A stretch of 64,000 nucleotides of DNA from Gemmatimonadota bacterium (GTDB taxonomy: Bacteria; JBHIER01; G020348925): NCBI GenBank assembly GCA_020348925.1, contig CP070758.1:1770030-1834029 (forward strand), written 5' to 3'. Positions 57,358 through 64,000 of this stretch are shown one piece after another; position 1 is the first letter of the stretch, and every line of letters begins with the position of its first letter. The notes under the pieces are model-generated. The model was not told the origin of the DNA. It did no database searches and saw nothing but the letters and a program-made list of their open reading frames with translations. Position numbers and translations under genes: made by a program.

Positions 57358-59880
57358 TTATTCCCGGTATTTTTCAATCTGTCTGACAAAGGATCGAACC
57401 AACCGTCGGGCTTTGTCTTTGGTTTTCGCTTCGGCCTGCAGGAGAAAGGATGATTGGTCGGCTCCCGGTAGAATCAGAACATAACTGTCACCGTAGTGAA
57501 CCCGAATCCCATCAAGAAGTATCCGCTCCTCCTTCTCCGTCGCTTTCATCAGGCGCCGCATCACCTGGCCCTTCTTTTCCAGAGGGCAGGGCACTGTCTC
57601 CCTGACCATATTCAGCTTAGGAAGGGACCGCTTCAGCTCTCTGAACCTGAGGCCGGTGCTGACCATCAATTCCAGGATTTTAACCGTGGCGAACATGGCA
57701 TCGCATCCCAGTTGAAATTCCGTAAAAATGAATCCCCCTTTCGTACCTCCCACGAAGCTCACCCCGGCTTCGGAGCCGCCGTCCATCATCCCTCTATGGT
57801 TGTCCTTCGTCCAGATCACCTGGGCTCCGTATTTCCGGGCCAATATACCGACGTTCATCGAAGCTGATACAGGCACGGAGATTCGTTCGGGATGCTGGTG
57901 TTGAAGGTGCAGCGATACGACGGCCAGTAGGGCATCATGGTGGTCCAGGAGTTTGCCGGTTTCATCAACGATGAAGATTCTTTGGGCTCCGGGATCAATG
58001 AGAAAACCGGCATCGGCTTTGAGGGATGTGACGATGGTGGAGAGCTGTAGAATGATGTTTTCCATGTTCTCCTGAGTCATATGAACCCGTTCAGTCTCAT
58101 GGTATGCATTCAGGGAGATCACTTCAATTCCCAATTCTCCGAAAATGGTTGGTAGAACCATAGCTGCGGCGCCATTTGCGTAGTCGACCACGACCTTGAG
58201 ACGGGCTTGAGAGATCGCACTCCGGTTGAGGTGTTCGAGGAAATCCTGACGGTAGGATTCCAAGACGCGGTAGGGATAGTTGAGATGACCGATCTCATGA
58301 TGGGGCACGCGGTGAAAATCTTCTCCGAAAAAGAGCCGCTCGATGGCCTTCGTCTTGGAAACGGGAAGGTCCCTTCCCGTGCCGTCGAAGAAGATGATAT
58401 CTTTCACCGACCCATCTGTGGGCGAACTGCGAACGTGAAGCCCTGCCTTCTCTTTGCCGGATCTGAGTTCGTAGCGAACGATAGGAATGGGTACAGTACG
58501 CAAGTTTTCCACATTCACGCCTGTGGACATGAGCCCGCTGATGACGGCCCGACTGATCATGCGGGAGGAGAGGTAACCGTCACGGCTGGTTACCACGCTG
58601 TTGCCAACTCCGATGAATGCTCCGAAAGCGGCTCCCAATCGTGCTGCCAACTCCGGTGAGATCTCCACGTTGGCCAGACCGGTGATTTTCGACTCGAAAA
58701 AGAGCTCGCGGGCCCAGCGCTCTCCCCAAACGAGACTTGTCGACAGAACCGCCCCATCCTCCACGACCTTACTGGGCCAAATTTTTACCTGCGGTTTAAT
58801 CCGAGAATCTCGTCCGATGACGCACCCCTCCCCGATGGTCACCCCATCGAGGATGTGGGTGCCGCTGGAAATCGTTGAGCCATGGGCGACAATATCGTCC
58901 GTCATGTGCACGCCATCGCCCACGCGAACGCCGTCCCACAGAATCCCTCGCAATATGGATGCACGAGGCCCGATCCAGCAGTCGTCGCCGATGACGGTAT
59001 TTTCAAGAGTCGCCTCCCCCTCAATACGGCAGTTGTTTCCGATTACGACTGCCCCTTTGAGCGTCGCACCTGGATCAACTACCGTTCCCTGCCCGATCCA
59101 GGCCCATCCATGCTCCGTGTCCCGCTTCTCCCCCGGAAAAGGTATCTTCACCTGTCCATTGAGAATATCCCGTGTCGCCTGTTGATATTCACCAATATTT
59201 CCCACATCGCGCCAATAGCCCTCAGCTATGTATCCGAAGAGAGAGCTTCTTCTTTTCAAAAATTGAGGAAAGAGATCCTGGCTGAAGTCGGACTCCACCC
59301 CCGGGGGAATATGTTTGAAGACCTCCGACTCCAAAATATAGATCCCGGTGTTGATGGTATCGCTGAACACTTCACCCCAGGTGGGCTTCTCGAGAAAGCG
59401 GAGAATTCGACCGTTGCGATTGGTGATGACGATGCCGTAGGGCAGAGGATTGTTCACCCGGGTGAGTACAATGGTGGCCAGCGCTCCTTTTCTTCTGTGA
59501 AAGGCCACGGCTTTTCCCAAGTCGATATCCGTGATCAAATCACCGCTGATAATGATGGTCGTCCCTCCGAGAGCGTCTGCGGCATTCTTCACGCTGCCAG
59601 CGGTTCCCAAATCCTCCTCAGCGCGAACATAGGTAATGTTGACCCCGAAAGCGGAACCGTCACCGAAATAGTTCTCGATTTGTTCGCCTTGAAAGTAAGG
59701 CAGCACAACGAGCTCTTTGACTCCATGGATCTTCAAGAGATCAATGACCCGTTCCATGATCGGAACGTTGACGAGAGGAATCATAGGTTTCGGTCGATGG
59801 CACGTCAGAGGCCTCAATCGTGTCCCGAAACCGCCTGCCATTATGACGGCGTTCGATCCGTTCTTTTTATTTTTGGTCAT
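57358..59880 (-). CDS. Bifunctional sugar-1-phosphate nucleotidyltransferase (GDP-mannose pyrophosphorylase-like, with a left-handed beta-helix) / phosphomannomutase-phosphoglucomutase.
   Basis: N-terminal AVIMAGGFGTRLRPLTCHRPKPMIP (NTP_transferase), followed by hexapeptide repeats (VIGNNCRIEG..., IGEGCVIGRDSRI). The C-terminal half has PGM/PMM alpha-D-phosphohexomutase domains (GVNVENLRTVPIP, GLHVRSSPTDGS, ...). Confidence 0.85.
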   Translation of the reverse strand: MTKNKKNGSNAVIMAGGFGTRLRPLTCHRPKPMIPLVNVPIMERVIDLLKIHGVKELVVLPYFQGEQIENYFGDGSAFGVNITYVRAEEDLGTAGSVKNAADALGGTTIIISGDLITDIDLGKAVAFHRRKGALATIVLTRVNNPLPYGIVITNRNGRILRFLEKPTWGEVFSDTINTGIYILESEVFKHIPPGVESDFSQDLFPQFLKRRSSLFGYIAEGYWRDVGNIGEYQQATRDILNGQVKIPFPGEKRDTEHGWAWIGQGTVVDPGATLKGAVVIGNNCRIEGEATLENTVIGDDCWIGPRASILRGILWDGVRVGDGVHMTDDIVAHGSTISSGTHILDGVTIGEGCVIGRDSRIKPQVKIWPSKVVEDGAVLSTSLVWGERWARELFFESKITGLANVEISPELAARLGAAFGAFIGVGNSVVTSRDGYLSSRMISRAVISGLMSTGVNVENLRTVPIPIVRYELRSGKEKAGLHVRSSPTDGSVKDIIFFDGTGRDLPVSKTKAIERLFFGEDFHRVPHHEIGHLNYPYRVLESYRQDFLEHLNRSAISQARLKVVVDYANGAAAMVLPTIFGELGIEVISLNAYHETERVHMTQENMENIILQLSTIVTSLKADAGFLIDPGAQRIFIVDETGKLLDHHDALLAVVSLHLQHQHPERISVPVSASMNVGILARKYGAQVIWTKDNHRGMMDGGSEAGVSFVGGTKGGFIFTEFQLGCDAMFATVKILELMVSTGLRFRELKRSLPKLNMVRETVPCPLEKKGQVMRRLMKATEKEERILLDGIRVHYGDSYVLILPGADQSSFLLQAEAKTKDKARRLVRSFVRQIEKYRE

Positions 59881-59938
59881 CTTTCCCCCTTTCTCAGGGC
59901 ACGGATCAGGAAGAACAAACGTGTTCCGTCCTACTCTG

Positions 59939-60988
59939 CTATGAAGACTTCGGAGCGGCCTGGCTCAAGTATCGCGCGGCCTCCTCAGGCGGCATCGGGT
60001 TGATATAAAATCCGCTTCCCCATTCGAATCCGGCCACCCTCGTCAGACGGGGGATAATCTCAAAATGCCAGTGATAATCAAATTCCACGGTCTGCCAGTA
60101 CATTGGTCTCTTCGGTTTCGCCTCCGTATTGGGAGACGTGTGCAGGATGAAATTGTACGGAGGATCGTTGAGGCATATTTTCAGCCGGGACAGGATGTCC
60201 TTCATTGTCTCAGCTAAAAAGGAAAGCTCCTCGTCCGTTGTCGTTTCAAAGGCATGTTTGTGGACTTTAGGAACAACCCAGCATTCGAAGGGGAAGCGGG
60301 AGGCAAAGGGGGAGAGGATCACGTAATGACCATCATCACGAATAATCCGATCGGGAAAGACGGTCTCCTGTTGTATCAGGTCGCACATCAAACATCGCTC
60401 CTTCTCCCGGTAATGTTCTTTGGACGTCTCCAGTTCAATGGCCACCGTTCTCGGGGTGACGGGGGTAGCGATAAGTTGCGTGTGTGAATGGCTCAAAGAT
60501 GCCCCGGCCGCCTCCCCGTGATTCTTAAAGATTAATATGTATCGGAAACGGTCGTCCTTTTTCAAATCGGCGATCCGGTCTCGGTAGATGGTTAAAACGC
60601 GGATCATCTGGTCGTGATCGAAGTCGGCCGTGGTGAGTGTATGCTCAGTCGTCTCGATGATGACCTCGTGGGCCCCCACCCCGTTCATCGCATCGTACAA
60701 TCCGAGGCCGCGACGATCGAGATCTCCGTCAATTCTTAACGCCGGGAACTTATTGGAGATAACCCGGACCGTCCACCCTGGTTCGTTCGGCTGAGTCCCC
60801 TCATCCCGATATGCGAGGATTTCCGGGGGAGTCATCGATTCATTTCCTTCACAGAAGGGGCAGGTGTTTTCCTTCTGCGGCTCCTCACATACTTCGAAGT
60901 CCGTAGGACGCATGGCTCTTTCGGTGGCAATAATGATCCATCGCTTCTGGAGCGGGTCATGTCGTAATTCTGGCATAGTCACCTCCAA
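59939..60988 (-). CDS. galT: Galactose-1-phosphate uridylyltransferase family (HIT-like; GalT/ADP-glucose phosphorylase type).
   Basis: Zn site CPFCEGNE. VISNKFPAL. Active-site LSHSHTQLIA (HxHxQ). The second half-domain is present. Confidence 0.8.
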   Translation of the reverse strand: MEVTMPELRHDPLQKRWIIIATERAMRPTDFEVCEEPQKENTCPFCEGNESMTPPEILAYRDEGTQPNEPGWTVRVISNKFPALRIDGDLDRRGLGLYDAMNGVGAHEVIIETTEHTLTTADFDHDQMIRVLTIYRDRIADLKKDDRFRYILIFKNHGEAAGASLSHSHTQLIATPVTPRTVAIELETSKEHYREKERCLMCDLIQQETVFPDRIIRDDGHYVILSPFASRFPFECWVVPKVHKHAFETTTDEELSFLAETMKDILSRLKICLNDPPYNFILHTSPNTEAKPKRPMYWQTVEFDYHWHFEIIPRLTRVAGFEWGSGFYINPMPPEEAARYLSQAAPKSS

Positions 60989-61506
60989 AAAATTTTACAC
61001 AAGTAGCTCATCCTTCGTTTTGCAGGGAGATCGCGTCTCTATTCTGGGACAGGTTCCTCCATGGAGTTTTCCGTGCAGACGCTTCCTCGGAAGAAAAACT
61101 TCAGAGCGACGCTTCGCCTCAAACCGACGAGGCATAACGGTAGCAAGAAAATCCGAAATTCTCCTATCGAAACCCGAAACAAATTCCAATGACCTCCACC
61201 CCACTGCTCCAAGCCGGAAAACCTTTGCGCAGAACAGTTCAATTTTGTGCTGACCCAGATTTTGAGCCTTTGAATTTTGAAATCGTTTCGAGCTTCTCAT
61301 TTCGGAATGCGAATTTCAAAGCACACAGTTTGATGACACCACCAAAACGTAACACAATCTTTTGAGACTTGCCTCATGAAGCTGGCCAGTCTTACTCTTC
61401 GATCCATAATATAATACATGGCGTTAGAAAGAGGGAACAAGAAATGGGAAAATGCAACCGGGTCAAACATGGGCCGCATCGGCTCCGCAGAATGCGAAGT
61501 GATTTT

Positions 61507-62487
61507 TCAATTGGGAAATATGACGAAGCGACTGGCCACATATGCACAATAAAGAAGGAGCAGCAGAACCCCCTCGAGCCTGCTGATTTTTAATCCCGTT
61601 TTAAAGAAGACAATGAGGAGCAAACTCAGCATCACCATGCAGGGCATATCAAGCCACTGGGAGATTTTCTGAACCGAAATAGTCGTCACCAGAACCGCAA
61701 ATCCTACGATCCAAAGCGTATTGAAGATGTTGCTGCCAATGATGTTGCCGACTCCGAGGCCGGACTCCTTTCGGAATCCAGCGACCACGGTTGTGGCCAG
61801 CTCCGGCAGTGAGGTTCCGACGGAGACAATGGTCAAACCGATGACAAGCTCACTGATACCCAAAGCATGGGCAATGTTAACGGCTGACCGTACAAGAAAG
61901 GTCCCACTGCCTAACAGGAGTCCCAGTCCGATCAAAGATAAAATTGACTTTTTGAGTCGCTCTTTCGGCTTCTTCGAGAGAGGATCGATATTCCCCCCCC
62001 CGTTACCGACCGCGGTCCCGGAATCGCTGTCGGTTCTTCCTCTCAGCGCATTTCGAACGCAATAGAGGAGAAAAAGGATGAAGAATATAAGAAGAATGAC
62101 ACCTTCTGACCAGCCTATCTTCCCGTTGAATGAGAGGAGCCACAGGAGGACGGCTGTGCCAGAGACCCACGGAAGTTCACGACGGAGCACCTTTGGTTCG
62201 ACCTCCAAAGGATGGAAAAGTGAAGCCAATCCAAGGATGAGGCCGATATTGGCAATGTTGCTCCCTACGATGTTACCGATGGCGATGGATTCAGACTTGG
62301 CCAGGGCAGCCATAAAACTGACTCCAAACTCCGGCGCTGAAGTGCCGAAGGCCACGAACGTTAAACCGATAATAATCGGTTTGACACCGAGAGACCGTGC
62401 TAACGACGATGAATTTTTAACGAGAAGATCAGCTCCATACGAAAGTATGGCGAGTTCTATTAGAAAAAGAACGATTTGAATGAGCAT
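61507..62487 (-). CDS. CaCA-family sodium/calcium exchanger (YrbG-like).
   Basis: Two alpha-repeats: GLTFVAFGTSAPEFGVSFMAA and GLTIVSVGTSLPELATTVVAG. About 10 TM segments. Confidence 0.85.
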   Translation of the reverse strand: MLIQIVLFLIELAILSYGADLLVKNSSSLARSLGVKPIIIGLTFVAFGTSAPEFGVSFMAALAKSESIAIGNIVGSNIANIGLILGLASLFHPLEVEPKVLRRELPWVSGTAVLLWLLSFNGKIGWSEGVILLIFFILFLLYCVRNALRGRTDSDSGTAVGNGGGNIDPLSKKPKERLKKSILSLIGLGLLLGSGTFLVRSAVNIAHALGISELVIGLTIVSVGTSLPELATTVVAGFRKESGLGVGNIIGSNIFNTLWIVGFAVLVTTISVQKISQWLDMPCMVMLSLLLIVFFKTGLKISRLEGVLLLLLYCAYVASRFVIFPN

Positions 62488-62630
62488 CTATCTCAATCTT
62501 CCCTTCGAACACTGAAGACTATCCTGGATCATTCATAAAAATGGTCAGAATTTAGACTCATGAACATTATTGGCGTTGAACTCCGCCCGTGTATGCTTTC
62601 CATAGGAACCCTGCATGTCATTCCCGCACG

Positions 62631-62684
62631 GAGTCTACCCCGTATTCCATTACGGGGGCTGGAATGACAGCTTGTGAATAGAGC
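62631..62684. repeat. 54-bp palindromic element (TGTCATTCC ... GGAATGACA) with an internal hairpin. Same repeat family as 35497..35608.
   Basis: tgtcattcccgcacggagtctaccccgtattccattacgggggctggaatgacag. Terminal 9-bp inverted repeat plus an inner cccgtaat/attacggg hairpin. The 16-mer agctgtcattccRgcc is shared with the 35497 locus. It lies in a 735-bp non-coding gap. Confidence 0.5.
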
Positions 62685-63222
62685 AGTTCGGACAATAATT
62701 CCAACAATCTCTCTAAAATATGCGGAAATTTTTCATATGCCACAAAGATCATAAGAGTCGTTTCTGGTGACGATCGAAGGTTCGGATTCACTTGAAGCAC
62801 TATTCACGTCAAAACGTGTGTCTTGTTTCAAATGGCCATAAACCCTACTTTTTATCCCGCAAGGATCCGAGACAGATCCGAATATGAACGGTACTCGCTT
62901 CGCTCGCGACAGGCCCACGGGACCCACACCCCACTGTGCGGAGACTCTGCCAGCTTACATTGAAATCCTGTTATCCCCTGGCTGAAAGCGATCTTATCCC
63001 CACTCCTTCTGATACATTCGAAATTTGTAGGATGTTCGAGACGTAAAACTACACCGTACGAACATAAAATGCAAACCATAACTGACAATGACTTCGACAA
63101 AAATTTGCCTGGAATATCCGGATGTTAAAATCGTTTTAAATTTAGGATTTTGTGCTTCAGAATGTTGAATCCATGGTCCGCCTGCACCCGAATTCCAAAG
63201 CCGCCGCCTCGCAGGTGGTGGT

Positions 63223-64000
63223 TTACGTGGCATAAATGTGCAAGAATTGTCTTCTCGATCTGTGTTTTAATTTTTCAATGGCTTTCACTTTAATTTGTCG
63301 TGCTCTTTCCCTCGTGACTCCGAATTTTTCACCGATCTCGCTCAAGGTGAGAGATTTCCTCCCGCTCAGTCCGAAATAGAGCCGTATCACCTCTGCCTCC
63401 CGGCAGGTCAACGTAGCCAAGGCTTTCTCAATATCAGCCGGTAAAAATCCAAGGTACATCCCTTCATCCGGATACGGCTGTCTCTCATCTCCAATGATAT
63501 CTAAAAGTACATAATCATCATCACTTTTTATGGGAGAATTCAACGAGAGTGGAGTTGATGCGCCTGTCAATGTTTTAACGACATCTTTGTCAGGAACACC
63601 AAGCTCCGATGCGATTTCGAATGTATTGGGCGACCTTCCGTGTTCTTGGAAATACGCACCCTGAATTTTGCCTATTTTTCGCAGCATATTGTGCCTGTTC
63701 ATAGGAATCTTCACAATTCGCGTCTGCGAAGCGAGAGCCGTAAGTATGGCCTGTCGTATCCACCACACAGCATATGAGATGAATTTGAATCCCTTTGTCC
63801 CATCAAATCGTTTTACCGCCTCCATCAATCCCATATTTCCCTCGTTGATAAGGTCCTCGAGGGGCAACCCGTAACCTGCATAATTTTTCGCTACGGTGAT
63901 AACATATCGAAGGTTGGCCTCGATCAACTTTTGAGCCGCTCTCTTATCCCCCCGTCGAATCCTTCTGGACAATTTTCTCTCCTCCTCGGCCGTAATAAGG
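63223..64000 (-). CDS. Sigma-70 family RNA polymerase sigma factor (RpoD/RpoS-like group). The 5' end is truncated by the window edge.
   Basis: Region 2 (RRIRRGDKRAAQKLIEANLRYVITVAKNYAGYGLPLEDLINEGNMGLMEAVKRFD...FISYAVWWIRQAI), region 3 and region 4 (LTCREAEVIRLYFGL...LSEIGEKFGVTRERARQIKVKAIEKL). The reading frame continues upstream of 63972 to the window end (…ITAEEERKLSRRIRRGD). Confidence 0.85.
   Translation of the reverse strand, partial: LITAEEERKLSRRIRRGDKRAAQKLIEANLRYVITVAKNYAGYGLPLEDLINEGNMGLMEAVKRFDGTKGFKFISYAVWWIRQAILTALASQTRIVKIPMNRHNMLRKIGKIQGAYFQEHGRSPNTFEIASELGVPDKDVVKTLTGASTPLSLNSPIKSDDDYVLLDIIGDERQPYPDEGMYLGFLPADIEKALATLTCREAEVIRLYFGLSGRKSLTLSEIGEKFGVTRERARQIKVKAIEKLKHRSRRQFLHIYAT

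Overview
The 64 kb window is a gene-dense region, coded on both strands, from what looks like an uncultivated Gram-negative bacterium of the FCB superphylum type. The taxonomic guess is an inference from domain content: at least four proteins end in a type-IX-secretion C-terminal sorting domain (NYPNPFNP...SGVYF). Housekeeping genes present include hflX, lepA-lepB, cobB (a sirtuin), ridA, pgeF/yfiH, galT, a fused sugar-1-phosphate nucleotidyltransferase/phosphomannomutase, and transporters of the DMT, AGCS, SLC12-like CCC and CaCA families. Regulatory genes include two SpoIIE/PP2C phosphatases, an RsbW-like anti-sigma kinase, an ECF sigma factor with its zf-HC2 anti-sigma and ybjQ, an XRE/PAS regulator and a partial sigma-70.

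The most striking content is a set of large secreted proteins built from recurring modules. The modules are an MBL hydrolase, an M28 aminopeptidase, a papain-like C1 protease and two tandem beta-propeller proteins. They carry dockerin-type Ca-binding repeats, cohesin-like domains, 'putative Ig' domains and T9SS sorting domains.

The two tandem beta-propeller paralogs (45938..48691 and 48881..51319) are each interrupted by a single in-frame TGA at the same alignment position (after ...FHCPGG). Each TGA is followed about 12-20 nt downstream by a stable GC hairpin. This is a signature of programmed UGA recoding, most likely selenocysteine with a bacterial SECIS-like element. It would make them single T9SS-secreted polypeptides of roughly 900 aa.

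Other notable points:
- A decayed orphan T9SS sorting-domain remnant sits at 31558..31763.
- A family of short palindromic TGTCATT(G/C)C-type repeats lies in non-coding regions.
- A roughly 4.4 kb lower-GC island (about 16850-21220) carries a DNRLRE lipoprotein and a T9SS cargo gene.
- One signal-peptide protein carries three TonB C-terminal domains.
- Several long non-coding stretches of 0.9-1.3 kb have no convincing ORF.

All calls come from reading the sequence and motif knowledge. No database searches were run.
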